Origin: a virus
Taxonomy: Duplodnaviria > Caudoviricetes
Length of the DNA: 42,744 nt
Virus record (IMG/VR): IMGVR_UViG_3300032116_000438
Span: 1-42,744 of that record
Strand: one strand, 5' to 3'
In this document: piece by piece, positions 24,420-34,074 of the stretch
Layout: every line of letters begins with the position of its first letter
How positions within the stretch are numbered: position 1 is the first letter of the stretch
The notes under the pieces: model-generated
What the model was told of the DNA's origin: nothing
The model's database searches: none
The model's input: only the letters and a program-made list of their open reading frames with translations
Program-made: the position numbers and the translations under genes

Positions 24420-25829
24420 ATGGCTAGTACGCAGTCTACACCATTAAGAATGGAATTGATGGCAGTTGGTGAAAATTCCAATGCTTGGGGTGACATCACT
24501 AATGAAAACCTTCAAATGCTCGAAGGTGCTACTACTTCCTATTTGGAAATATCCGACACATCTACACCACAGACATTAACTGTAACTGATTATACTCTTG
24601 GCTCTTATCATAACCTAGTTTATAAATTTACTGGCTCTGCTGGAGCAGCTATTACATATAACGTACCAGCATATGAGCGTCCTTATATTATTCATAACTC
24701 GTGTGGTCAAACTATTACAGTCAAGGTATCAGGACAGACTGGTGTTGATGTAGCAACAGGAACAAAAGCTTATGTTTACTGTGATGGAACTGATATTCGC
24801 GAATTAGTCAATAACCCTGCGTCGATAACAGCAACACAAACTCTCACGAATAAAACACTTACTGCACCTAGATTTTCTGATGGTGGATTTATTGCTGACG
24901 CCAATGGCAATGAGCTTATTGTCATGGACACTGTTACAAGCGCAGTGAATGAATTAACCGTATCAAACGCAGCATCTCCTGCAGTAACTGCAACGATGAC
25001 AATTGCAGCACCTGCTGTTGTCACTGTCGCTGCAACACCGCCATCTGGTACTCCAGTTGTGTTTACATCTACTGGTACACTGCCAACAGGTGTTGTTTCT
25101 GGTACTACATATTTTGTAAAGTACATTAATGCGACTACATTTAATATTGCTGCAACTACCAATGGTACATCAATAACAACTACTGGATCACAGAGCGGTA
25201 CACACACGGCTACATTTACTGGTGTTCCAATTGTTGCTGCTAGTGGTGGCGGCACAAACGTGTCTGTAAATATTGCTTCAAAAGGATCTGGGATTGTACA
25301 GGCCAATGGTGTTGAAGTTGTAACTCTTACTGGTACACAAACTCTTACAAGCAAGACGCTTACAAGCCCAACAATCACAAGCGCAACAATTGATACTGTA
25401 GGCATAACAGGAAACACCACAACAGCAGCTTTGAAGATTCCTAATATTGTTGAAGACGGCACGTATGGTACAGTTACGTGGGCATCCACGATGAACTATG
25501 ACGTTTTAACGCAGTCTGTATGGTATGTTACGACAACAACTGCAAATAATTGGACTCTTAACATTCGTGGTAGTGCCACAGCTACATTGGCATCACTAAT
25601 GGCAGTTGGTGATATAATTACTGTCACTATGGTAGTTAATAATGGTGCTACAGCATATTATAACACTGCTGTACAAATTGATGGAGCAGCAGTTACGCCG
25701 AAATGGCAAGGCGGCACAGCACCCACTGCTGGAAGTGAAAGTGCTAATGACTCATATTCTTATACCATTATTAAAGCAACTTCTGCCCCTACATATGTAG
25801 TACTCGCGTCACAAGTGAAGTTTGATTAA
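24420..25829 (+). CDS. Tail fibre/tail spike-like protein
   Basis: MAS..S..L..ELM..GEN...WG..TN.NL anchor; TQTLTNKTLT repeats; C-terminal TPKWQGG.APTAG...D.YSYTIIK...VLASQ..F. Confidence 0.8.
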   Translation: MASTQSTPLRMELMAVGENSNAWGDITNENLQMLEGATTSYLEISDTSTPQTLTVTDYTLGSYHNLVYKFTGSAGAAITYNVPAYERPYIIHNSCGQTITVKVSGQTGVDVATGTKAYVYCDGTDIRELVNNPASITATQTLTNKTLTAPRFSDGGFIADANGNELIVMDTVTSAVNELTVSNAASPAVTATMTIAAPAVVTVAATPPSGTPVVFTSTGTLPTGVVSGTTYFVKYINATTFNIAATTNGTSITTTGSQSGTHTATFTGVPIVAASGGGTNVSVNIASKGSGIVQANGVEVVTLTGTQTLTSKTLTSPTITSATIDTVGITGNTTTAALKIPNIVEDGTYGTVTWASTMNYDVLTQSVWYVTTTTANNWTLNIRGSATATLASLMAVGDIITVTMVVNNGATAYYNTAVQIDGAAVTPKWQGGTAPTAGSESANDSYSYTIIKATSAPTYVVLASQVKFD

Positions 25830-25830
25830 A

Positions 25831-26559
25831 ATGCCATTATTAGGATCATTTGGAGCAGCTTCAGCTAGAGGATTTGGTCATAATGCATTGGTGTTGCCTG
25901 ATCCAACGTATAAAGAAGGCTTTATTGGTAATATTGCAAGTGGGGCAACAGCAACACTAACTCTTACTACACCACCGTCACCATATCGTTGGATGATCGT
26001 TTCCGCTAGAAACAGTGATGCATCTACTGGAACTCAGTATCCAAATACAATTTATGTAAATAATTCTACTACATACTTAGGAAATACTACAAATTATAAA
26101 GCAAGTAATGGTGTATCAAATGACGGAAATGCATCTGCATATTCGGTAACAGACCATACTGTTTGTAGAATTCCTACAGGAACAACTGTAGATGTTAAAT
26201 TTACAAACGGCAGGAATGAAAATGAAATATATAATGTCGCTATTGTTTTGCTGCCGTGGCTTAATTTAACATTTAACTCTACGGCTGGAGGTGATGCTGG
26301 TGCAGCTAATGATGTTTTCTCAATCAATCAAGTCAAAGGTGGCCTTGCAGTTGGTTCATTCAATGGTTCTTATGGAACATGGGAAGCTGTTACATGGAGT
26401 GGATTAACAAAAATGCCAGTTAAAAACTTCCAAGGAACTAACGCAGTTACAAGTCTTGCATATAATTTTTCAACAACAACTGCAACTACTAGCGTGTCAG
26501 TGGCTCATACGTCTACAGATGGAAGAGTTGTTGTATATTCCTCTTGGTCACCTAGTTAG
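25831..26559 (+). CDS. Fibre-associated protein (putative receptor-binding)
   Basis: MPLLGSFGAASARGFG N-terminus, typical of genes after this fibre type; T/S/N-rich. Confidence 0.65.
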   Translation: MPLLGSFGAASARGFGHNALVLPDPTYKEGFIGNIASGATATLTLTTPPSPYRWMIVSARNSDASTGTQYPNTIYVNNSTTYLGNTTNYKASNGVSNDGNASAYSVTDHTVCRIPTGTTVDVKFTNGRNENEIYNVAIVLLPWLNLTFNSTAGGDAGAANDVFSINQVKGGLAVGSFNGSYGTWEAVTWSGLTKMPVKNFQGTNAVTSLAYNFSTTTATTSVSVAHTSTDGRVVVYSSWSPS

Positions 26560-26570
26560 GGCTTATAAAC

Positions 26571-26804
26571 ATGGATCTACAAACTCTAATTAACTTTTCA
26601 GGTGGTTTAGTGTTGGCTGGACTTGGTTGGTTTGCACATGAATTATGGTCCGCGATGAAAGAACTACGCAGTGATGTACACAGACTCGAAGTGGTATTAC
26701 CAACACAATACATTCGTCGCGATGAATTCACTGAAGGCATGAAGGAAATCAAAGATATTTGTAGGCAAATTTTTGACCGTTTAGATAACAAGGCAGATAA
26801 ATAA
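26571..26804 (+). CDS. Small membrane protein (N-terminal TM plus coiled coil), lysis module
   Basis: TM GGLVLAGLGWFA, then LP..Y.RRDEF...IFD.LD.KADK. Confidence 0.7.
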   Translation: MDLQTLINFSGGLVLAGLGWFAHELWSAMKELRSDVHRLEVVLPTQYIRRDEFTEGMKEIKDICRQIFDRLDNKADK

Positions 26805-27274
26805 TGGACCCATTTACCCTCATTGCTGGTGCAACTGCTTTATATAATGGCATCAAGGGTGCGGTAGATTCAGGTCACGAGATGCTCGACGTTGCCGAGA
26901 AGGTTGGTAGCTTGTTCGGGCGAATTGCCCAGATTACACAATTAACTTCGGGTAAGCGTAAGAAAAAGCTATTTCAAAGCCAAGCAGAGTATGAAGCCGA
27001 AGCAATTAAGCTTTATACTTTAAAGGCAAAAGCACAGCAATTACAGTTAGATACACGTAACCTGTTTGTTGGAGCATATGGTATTGCAGCGTGGACTAGT
27101 ATACAAAAAGAAGTAACAGAGATGCGTAAGGAAGCAGCACGTGCCGCAGCAGCAGCGATGCGTGAAGCCGAAGAAACCCGCCAAGACTTAATCATGGGTG
27201 CTTGGTTGATTGGTGCTGTTATTATATTTGCCACATGCATTGCAATTGGAATTGTATTGTTTACTCACAAATGA
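26804..27274 (+). CDS. Membrane protein with C-terminal TM
   Basis: MDP.T..A.A...Y..IK N-terminus, coiled coil, C-terminal hydrophobic helix. Confidence 0.7.
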   Translation: MDPFTLIAGATALYNGIKGAVDSGHEMLDVAEKVGSLFGRIAQITQLTSGKRKKKLFQSQAEYEAEAIKLYTLKAKAQQLQLDTRNLFVGAYGIAAWTSIQKEVTEMRKEAARAAAAAMREAEETRQDLIMGAWLIGAVIIFATCIAIGIVLFTHK

Positions 27275-27453
27275 AGTACATCGTTATAGCCATGTTGATT
27301 TTTTTAGTTGGATGCGAGGACCGCTACCGATACCCATGTCAAGACCCTAAAAATTGGGATTCCGCTGAGTGCAACCCACCCATTTGTACGGCCTCTGGCA
27401 CTTGTTCCGCAGATACTTTAAAACAAGACCCATGTGGAGCCGTAGCGCGATGA
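27271..27453 (+). CDS. Small Cys-rich lipoprotein
   Basis: Lipobox MKYIVIAMLIFLVG-C; mature CEDRYRYPCQDP.NW...EC.PP.C...GTC. Confidence 0.75.
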   Translation: MKYIVIAMLIFLVGCEDRYRYPCQDPKNWDSAECNPPICTASGTCSADTLKQDPCGAVAR

Positions 27454-27704
27454 CGATTAAGGAAGATGAACTACACGCTCTTTTGCAGTTTATTATTGGC
27501 ATCAGCCTGTGTTTGACGCTGACGGGAACTGTCTTTGCGGTGCTATATAGTTTGATTTTTGTTGTACAGCCGATTGATGGACAAGCACCAAATGATCAAG
27601 AGTTCTTTAAACTAATTGCACCAATTGCTACATTCCTAACAGGGACTCTATCGGGTATTATGTTAGGATCAAAATCAACCGGAGGAAAAGATGGATCTGC
27701 TTAA
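27450..27704 (+). CDS. Two-TM membrane protein
   Basis: TM, QP...QAPND..F...I.PIATFLTG.L.G, TM; ATGA overlap with the lipoprotein gene. Confidence 0.7.
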   Translation: MTIKEDELHALLQFIIGISLCLTLTGTVFAVLYSLIFVVQPIDGQAPNDQEFFKLIAPIATFLTGTLSGIMLGSKSTGGKDGSA

Positions 27705-28218
27705 AACATTCGGGCCACTACTTGGATCTATTGCACCTAGCATCGCCACGGCTCTAGGAGGCCCACTGGCTGGACTTGCTACGAAAGCACTGTCTCAGGC
27801 ACTGCTTGGTACAGAAGACTCAACAGAAGCTGAATTAAAGGCTGCAATGGCCTCTGCAACTCCAGAACAACTTGCTGCGATTAAGAAGATTGATACAGAC
27901 TTTAAAGTACAAATGAAATCTTTGGACATTGATCTGGAACGTATTTCAGCAGACGATAGGAAGTCAGCGCGTGACTTTCAAAAAGAAACACGTGACTGGA
28001 TTCCTCGTGCATTGGCAGTATCAGTGACTGTTGGATTCTTTGCTATTTTGCTATATATGTTAGTCTATGGTTTACCAACATCTGGCAACGAGGCATTGTT
28101 GTTACTGCTTGGAGCTTTACAGACTGCATGGGGCGGTATCATTGCATTTTACTTTGGTAGCTCTTCTGGTTCTCAGAAGAAGGACGCCATGATCTACAAC
28201 TCGACACCAAAGGATTGA
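27691..28218 (+). CDS. Holin-like protein (3TM/GTA-holin-like)
   Basis: AP.IATALGGPLAG.A, DR.SAR, two TMs, and I..FYFGSS.GS..K; precedes the endolysin. Confidence 0.75.
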   Translation: MDLLKTFGPLLGSIAPSIATALGGPLAGLATKALSQALLGTEDSTEAELKAAMASATPEQLAAIKKIDTDFKVQMKSLDIDLERISADDRKSARDFQKETRDWIPRALAVSVTVGFFAILLYMLVYGLPTSGNEALLLLLGALQTAWGGIIAFYFGSSSGSQKKDAMIYNSTPKD

Positions 28219-28221
28219 TTT

Positions 28222-28818
28222 ATGAATGGATTTAAAGGTTCTGCTGCACGTTTAAACGACTTCGATGTAGCACAAGTAGCTGGTACTATGGAAGTAGAAG
28301 TAGCTGCTCTTCGTGCCGTACTTGCCGTTGAGTCGGCTGGTGATGGATTCGATAAAGCTGGTAGACCAAAGGCGTTGTTTGAGCGTCACTTGTTCTATAG
28401 GATCTTAAAAGACAAACCTGCAGAACTGGCAGAAGCTATTGCTGCTGGTCTTGCTTATCCTAAGTGGGGTGAGAAGCCATATCCAAAGGGATCAGACGCT
28501 GTATACAAAGAGATTGAAACAGCGTATAATATAGCACCAAAGGAAGCTCTAATGGCTACGTCTTGGGGTCTTGGTCAAGTTCTAGGATCTAATCACGTAG
28601 CTGCTGGTGCAGAGTCTCCAGAAGCAATGGTTGAACAGGCGATGGCTTCAGAGTTGTATCAGTTGCAACACATGGCAAATTTCATCTCTAACAATAACCT
28701 ACTAAAGCACGTTAAGAGTAAAGATTGGGCTTCATTCGCGAAGGGTTACAATGGCCCTGCTTATGCAAAAAACAAGTACGATACGAAATTACAAGAAGCT
28801 TACAATAGGTTTGCATAG
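28222..28818 (+). CDS. Endolysin, N-acetylmuramidase (DUF3380 family)
   Basis: AV..VES.G.GF...GRPK.LFERH.F, SWGLGQV.G.N, W..FAKGYNGP.Y..N.YD.KL..AY. Confidence 0.92.
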   Translation: MNGFKGSAARLNDFDVAQVAGTMEVEVAALRAVLAVESAGDGFDKAGRPKALFERHLFYRILKDKPAELAEAIAAGLAYPKWGEKPYPKGSDAVYKEIETAYNIAPKEALMATSWGLGQVLGSNHVAAGAESPEAMVEQAMASELYQLQHMANFISNNNLLKHVKSKDWASFAKGYNGPAYAKNKYDTKLQEAYNRFA

Positions 28819-30620
28819 TGCTTAAAAAACTACCCGCATCGGCTGGTATCTTTAAAGATTCTCCATCTCTGACTTCAGAAGGTTTCTGGTCGGATGGTAA
28901 AAACGTGCGGTTTTTCCGTGGTAAGCCAGAGAAGATTGGTGGTTGGACAAAGTTTAGTACGTCATCTATAACTGGCAAGGGTCGTACATTAATATCATTT
29001 TCTGATACTACTGGTAAAAAGTTTCTTTCAATAGGAACAAACAAGAAACTTTACATTGCTGATACATCAGATACTGTAACAAACATTACACCGTTGGATA
29101 GTACTGGTACGCTTACAGCTACAACACTTGCAGCTACAAATGGATCTCCTATTGTTACTATTACTCATAATAGTCATGGTCGATCAGTTGGCGATACGGT
29201 TATACTTTCTGCTCAATCTGCTTCTATCGGTGGTATTACACTAAGTGGTACATATTTAGTTACCGCAGTACCAACGGTTAATACATATACAGTTACACAC
29301 ACATCTAATGCTACTAGTACAGAAAGTGCGTCAAGAGATATTACCTATCAATATGAACTTTCAATTGGTGCTGAATATGGTTCTTACCAATTTGGTTGGG
29401 GTGTCGGTGGTTGGGGTTTATCTACTTGGGGAACTGCTCGAACTGCATCTTCTATTACATCAAATCCACGTACTTGGTCCATATCTAGGTTTGGTAGTTA
29501 TGTAGTTGCAAATCCTTATGCTGGAAAGTTGTATGTATGGGATGGTGTTATAGCAAATAGGGCAACGTATATATCAACTGGTCCTGATAGAAGTGACTAT
29601 AGTTTTGTAACGCCTGAAAGATTTGTTGTTTGTCTTGGTACTCATGATTATGGAACCAATACATATTCACCTACTCTTGTAAGGTGGTCTGATCAAGAAG
29701 ACTACGCAAACTGGACTCCTGCAGCAACTAATCTTTCGGGTGAATTTCCGTTGCAGTCTGGATCTGTCATCATGGGTGGCGGTGTTTCACGTGTGCAGAA
29801 TTTGATCTGGACTGATACATCTCTCTACGCCATGCGTTATCTTGGAGATATTGAGTTAGTATACGGATTCAATATCCTTGGTACAAACTGTGGCTTGATT
29901 GGTAGTAAGGCATGGGCAGAAATAGACGGCGTTACTTTCTGGATGTCAAATAACAACAAGTTTTATATGTATGACGGTTCTGCACCTAAAGAACTAGCAT
30001 GTACTGTTAGCAGATATGTATTCGAGGATCTTGAAAAGTCTGGTAACCCAATTGTTACTTGTGCTGTGAACTCAAGATTCAATGAAGTTACTTGGTATTA
30101 TCCAAGTATAAATACAACAAGTGCAGAAATTGATAGATATGTCACATATAATTATGTAGAAAATACATGGTACATTGGTGATATTGTAAGGACTGCTTGG
30201 GTTGACGGTAGCATCTTTAACTACCCAATCGGTATTGGTGGATATACTGCACACGGCGATACGGGCTATATCTACTTCCATGAAGATGGTTATAATGATG
30301 ATGGTGCAGCAATTGACTGTTATCTTGAAAGTGCTCAGTTCGACGTGGATGATGGCGAGAACGTAGTAAACATTTCTCGTATTGTTCCAGACGTTTCATT
30401 CGAGTCTGGCTCTACTCTTAACATGGAAATCAAAACACGAAGGTGGGCTAATTCACCTGACGAACAAGTGAAAACTTTGACTTTTGATGAGTCTTCAGAT
30501 AAGGTTGACACTCGTGCTCAAGGTCGAGTCGCTACTATTAAGCTTTCATCAAATGCTGTAGATAACTGGTGGCGTGTTGGTGACATTCGTGTTGATATAT
30601 CTGGAGTTGGTCGTAGATGA
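28818..30620 (+). CDS. Tail nozzle/DNA-stabilisation protein (P22 gp10 or T7 gp12-like)
   Basis: W.DG..VRF..G.PEKIGGW, VRWSDQE....W.P..TN..G, LIWTD..LY.M, NCGLI, F.EV.W.YP, RI.PD, TR..GR, WR.G..R.D....GRR; GTG start. Confidence 0.85.
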   Translation: MLKKLPASAGIFKDSPSLTSEGFWSDGKNVRFFRGKPEKIGGWTKFSTSSITGKGRTLISFSDTTGKKFLSIGTNKKLYIADTSDTVTNITPLDSTGTLTATTLAATNGSPIVTITHNSHGRSVGDTVILSAQSASIGGITLSGTYLVTAVPTVNTYTVTHTSNATSTESASRDITYQYELSIGAEYGSYQFGWGVGGWGLSTWGTARTASSITSNPRTWSISRFGSYVVANPYAGKLYVWDGVIANRATYISTGPDRSDYSFVTPERFVVCLGTHDYGTNTYSPTLVRWSDQEDYANWTPAATNLSGEFPLQSGSVIMGGGVSRVQNLIWTDTSLYAMRYLGDIELVYGFNILGTNCGLIGSKAWAEIDGVTFWMSNNNKFYMYDGSAPKELACTVSRYVFEDLEKSGNPIVTCAVNSRFNEVTWYYPSINTTSAEIDRYVTYNYVENTWYIGDIVRTAWVDGSIFNYPIGIGGYTAHGDTGYIYFHEDGYNDDGAAIDCYLESAQFDVDDGENVVNISRIVPDVSFESGSTLNMEIKTRRWANSPDEQVKTLTFDESSDKVDTRAQGRVATIKLSSNAVDNWWRVGDIRVDISGVGRR

Positions 30621-30889
30621 GATTAGCTAACTTACTTAGTCCTGACAGTGTAGTTGCGTGGGCGAATGAGAGTGTTCGTATCCTAGAGTCAACGATTGAC
30701 GTTATAGAACGCACGAAACAGACAAAGGGTGCTATTGCACGGGTATCTTCTTTTGTGAAGACAGATCTTCCTAGTGCTGCTCAACCCGGTGAAATTATCT
30801 ATGTGTCGAATGAAACTGGCGGTGCAGTACTTGCCTTTTCAGATGGTACAAATTGGCGTCGTGTAACAGATAGAGCGGTGGTGGCATAA
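30617..30889 (+). CDS. Small tail-associated protein
   Basis: LPSA...G.IIYVSNE.GGAV.AFSDGTNWRRVTDRAVV. Confidence 0.75.
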   Translation: MRLANLLSPDSVVAWANESVRILESTIDVIERTKQTKGAIARVSSFVKTDLPSAAQPGEIIYVSNETGGAVLAFSDGTNWRRVTDRAVVA

Positions 30890-32721
30890 TGTGTGGTGGT
30901 AGTGAATCTAGTGGTGGTAATGGTAGCCCCGGAGCCAGTGGTGGTGATTCCTATGTTGACAGGTTAACTAGGACTATTGAAGCTAACCTAGCTAGGAATA
31001 ATGCCGGGCCTGTTAGCGGCGGTGGATCACTTTATGGTGATCGTGCTCCTGCATTTCGTAGTGAAGCTGCGAGTGGTGGTGGTGGATATCCTACAAACGG
31101 CGGCCCTGATCGTGATCGTAGCACTGGCGGCGGTAGTGGTATGGGCCGTGGCGGTGAAGATGTAGGTCGTCCCATCGGTGGTGGCAGCGGTATGGGTGGC
31201 GGTGGGGAAGATGTAGGTCGTTCCATCGGCGGCGGTGGTATAAGTATGCTTCCGGGTGGAATTCCGTCGAATGTTTATGATCCTAATGAAAGAAACTATC
31301 TTAGAAGTATTCCAGCCCCAATGCCAACTAGTGGTTCAACTGGTATGGGTGCAGGTTCTGGTACTCCTTTTAAAAGAGAAATTACAGATATTGATAAAGA
31401 TTATATGGCTCGTACCATTATAGGAGAGGCGGCTGGAGAACCAATAGAAGGTTGGAATGCCGTTGGTAATTCAATCTTAAATAGATTTTTAGCTGGTACA
31501 TATGGAAAATCTATTAAGGATATCACTCAAAGTGAGAATCAGTATAGTCCGTGGAATACAGAGGAAGGTACACAAAAACTTTTAAATATCTCTACAGATA
31601 GCCCACAATATAAAAAGGCTATGGATGTTGTTAACGAGGTAATGTCAGGTAAAAATGATATTACAGGTGGAGCAGTAAATTTTGCCAATGTAGATACTGT
31701 TCTTGGTCCGTATTCTGAAGCATCAGAAAAAACCAAAGCACGTGTTATTGAAGAGTCTGCAAGAGACGATGCTGTTAAGATTGGTCGCCATACCTTTACA
31801 AGCCCTGTTGGGTCAGAAGAAACAAAACCAGTACAATCTAGCTTTATAGATGGTTTAATTGATTCTGGAAAGAAACTATTTACTGGAAATTCAACAGACA
31901 ATCGTTCATTCGGTGACAAGGCTTTAGATTATGGAATCAATACAGCAGTAGGTGTTGCTTCTCCACCGCTTGGTCTTGCAAGTTTGGTATCTTCAATTTT
32001 TGGTGGTCCTACACCTGCTAGTTTATTGAGAAAAGGTTTGACTAGTGCAAGTTCTGCCGCACAAAAGGAATTTAATCGCGACAAGCAAATGACTTCTGAT
32101 GAAGTTGATTTAGCTTCAAGGTCAACTTATGGACCATATGGTAACTTAACTCGTGATCAATACCGTGAACAGTATGGTAACGGTGGCGGTGGGGGTGCTG
32201 ATAGACCTAAGAAAAAGAAAGCTGCAACTGAGCCTGTCGCTCCTGTAGCAGCACCTGCGGCAATACCAACGATTGTTCCTCAGTCTACAACGACTCCCGT
32301 AGCACCGGGTACTACACCTAATACTCGTAAGCTATCAGATGAAGAATATGCCGCATTGTCGCCTCTTGAGAAGGCTTACTATGACATGGGTATTTCTACA
32401 TATGGTACGTTTACGCCAGAGTATAACTACTTCCCTAACAGACAGCCTATCTTACTTCGTGAACCTGTTATTGCACCAGACGAGAAGAACAAGAAGCGTA
32501 ACGGTGGTCTTGTAAAGGGTCCGGGTACAGAAACGTCAGATAGTGTCCCAGCTTTGATTGGTGGTAAGACACCAGCAGCACTGTCAGATGGAGAGTTTGT
32601 ATTCACGGGCCGTGCAGTGCGCGGCATGGGAAATGGTGATAGGATGGAAGGTGCTCGTAAACTACACCAGATGATGAAGAAGGCCGAAGGCAATGCAAGT
32701 AAAGGTGGCCCAAGAAAATAA
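30889..32721 (+). CDS. Internal virion protein with SleB/Hydrolase_2 cell-wall hydrolase domain
   Basis: D.MARTIIGEA.GE..EG..AV...ILNR...QYSPWN...DITGGA..F...KIGRH.F (about 31390-31800); C-terminal GG.V.GPGT.TSDS.PA.....LSDGEFV; MCGG start. Confidence 0.85.
   Translation: MCGGSESSGGNGSPGASGGDSYVDRLTRTIEANLARNNAGPVSGGGSLYGDRAPAFRSEAASGGGGYPTNGGPDRDRSTGGGSGMGRGGEDVGRPIGGGSGMGGGGEDVGRSIGGGGISMLPGGIPSNVYDPNERNYLRSIPAPMPTSGSTGMGAGSGTPFKREITDIDKDYMARTIIGEAAGEPIEGWNAVGNSILNRFLAGTYGKSIKDITQSENQYSPWNTEEGTQKLLNISTDSPQYKKAMDVVNEVMSGKNDITGGAVNFANVDTVLGPYSEASEKTKARVIEESARDDAVKIGRHTFTSPVGSEETKPVQSSFIDGLIDSGKKLFTGNSTDNRSFGDKALDYGINTAVGVASPPLGLASLVSSIFGGPTPASLLRKGLTSASSAAQKEFNRDKQMTSDEVDLASRSTYGPYGNLTRDQYREQYGNGGGGGADRPKKKKAATEPVAPVAAPAAIPTIVPQSTTTPVAPGTTPNTRKLSDEEYAALSPLEKAYYDMGISTYGTFTPEYNYFPNRQPILLREPVIAPDEKNKKRNGGLVKGPGTETSDSVPALIGGKTPAALSDGEFVFTGRAVRGMGNGDRMEGARKLHQMMKKAEGNASKGGPRK
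31126..31236 (+). repeat. Tandem 51-nt (17-aa) coding repeat
   Basis: GGGSGMG.GGEDVGR.I occurs twice; GAAGATGTAGGTCGT at 31156 and 31207. Confidence 0.8.
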
Positions 32722-33130
32722 CATACTAGATATCACGAGGTTCTTAATAGATGAATTTCATGGTAGTTATATCGATACCTTTCCAAAAGTAGACTTTGAC
32801 AAGACTTTACTATATGTATGTAGACATGTGATCGAAGGTGTGGTATTTTTCATAGAGAAAGACCATAAGATTATTGGTGTAATTGCTGGGATTGAAGCTG
32901 AATACTGGTATTCGAAAGAAAAGTTTATTTCAGAGGGTTTCTTCTTCGTGCATCCTGACCACAGGAAATCACGCATAGCTTTTAAGCTGATACAAGAATT
33001 AAAGAAGTACGCGAAGAACCTTGATCTTCGACTCATATGCGGAGTCTCCAGTGGAGATGATGTTGAGAGAAAAGATAGGTTCTTTGAGTTTAATGGTTTA
33101 AACCGCATAGGCGGTATATACATATGCTAG
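32693..33130 (+). CDS. GNAT-family acetyltransferase (virion-module type)
   Basis: IIGVIAG....WYS.......FFFVHPDHRKS.IA.KLI...K.YA...FF...G...IGG. Confidence 0.85.
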   Translation: MQVKVAQENNILDITRFLIDEFHGSYIDTFPKVDFDKTLLYVCRHVIEGVVFFIEKDHKIIGVIAGIEAEYWYSKEKFISEGFFFVHPDHRKSRIAFKLIQELKKYAKNLDLRLICGVSSGDDVERKDRFFEFNGLNRIGGIYIC

Positions 33131-33139
33131 GAGTTTAAT

Positions 33140-34060
33140 ATGTGCTGTGGCGGTGCGAGTCAAACGATTCAAAAAACAGAAGTACCTAAATGGTTAGAGG
33201 ACTTCTATAAGAAAAATATTGCTGAGACAGAAAGTGTCTACGGCGCAGCAAAAGATCTTTATACCCAGAATCAAAATCAGCCTCAGTATGGTGGTCAGCG
33301 TATCCAAGGGTTTACGCCAGATCAGCTTAAGGCTATGGAAATGGCTCGTGGCTCTGCTGGTACTGGCCTTGCATCATTGCAAAAGGGTCAGGCTCTCGCT
33401 GAACAGTCTGGTCAGGCAATTACACCTGAGCAGATTCAGCAATACATGAATCCATATACTCAGCAGGTTCTTGACCCAGCTTTGCGTGAATCGGCAAAGG
33501 CTAATGAACAGCTTCGTCTTTCACAGCAGGGTAAAGCTGCACAGATGGGTGCGTTTGGTGGTTCTCGTGGTGCTATTCAGGCTTCAGAACGTGAACGTGG
33601 TTACACGCAGAACGTTGGTGATCTAACGTCGAAAGCCTACAGTAGCGCATTCACAGGGGCTATGGGACAGGCTAACGCTGATCGGGCAAGGCAGCTACAG
33701 GCTGGTCAGTTGTTGGGTCAGCAGGGTGTTCAGGAACAGGCTATGGGTGTGCAGGATATCAATACCATGCTTGGTACTGGTGCGATGCAACAGACTCAGG
33801 GACAGCGTGGACTTGATCTTGCGTATGGTAATTTTGTTGAACAACGTGAACAGCCATATCAGAACCTTGCTAGACTACAGGCTGGGCTTAAAGGTTCTTA
33901 CTATCAACCGGGTCCAACAAGCAGCACGACAACTACAACTGCTCCACAAGCAAATCCATTCTCGCAAATTGCTGGTGCTGGTCTTGCAGGTTTGTCGCTC
34001 TACGGTGGCTATGGTGGATTTTCACCGGGTGGTTTCGGCAGTATGACTCCAAGATATTGA
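33140..34060 (+). CDS. DNA ejection/pilot protein (putative)
   Basis: MCCGG..T....E.P.W, YGG.RI.GFTPDQ..A, YMNPY...V, GAFGGSR, G..QQ...Q..LD; Q/G/A rich. Confidence 0.8.
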   Translation: MCCGGASQTIQKTEVPKWLEDFYKKNIAETESVYGAAKDLYTQNQNQPQYGGQRIQGFTPDQLKAMEMARGSAGTGLASLQKGQALAEQSGQAITPEQIQQYMNPYTQQVLDPALRESAKANEQLRLSQQGKAAQMGAFGGSRGAIQASERERGYTQNVGDLTSKAYSSAFTGAMGQANADRARQLQAGQLLGQQGVQEQAMGVQDINTMLGTGAMQQTQGQRGLDLAYGNFVEQREQPYQNLARLQAGLKGSYYQPGPTSSTTTTTAPQANPFSQIAGAGLAGLSLYGGYGGFSPGGFGSMTPRY

Positions 34061-34074
34061 ACAAGGTAAAATAA

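Noticed and set aside
17229-25489. Long minus-strand ORFs such as 17229-17915, 21314-21847, 23574-24092 and 24776-25489
   Set aside because: They are antisense to well-supported structural genes and are explained by codon bias on the coding strand.
21327-26559. Diversity-generating retroelement or invertase-based fibre switching
   Set aside because: There is no reverse transcriptase or invertase in the window, and the differences between fibre repeats are not adenine-specific.
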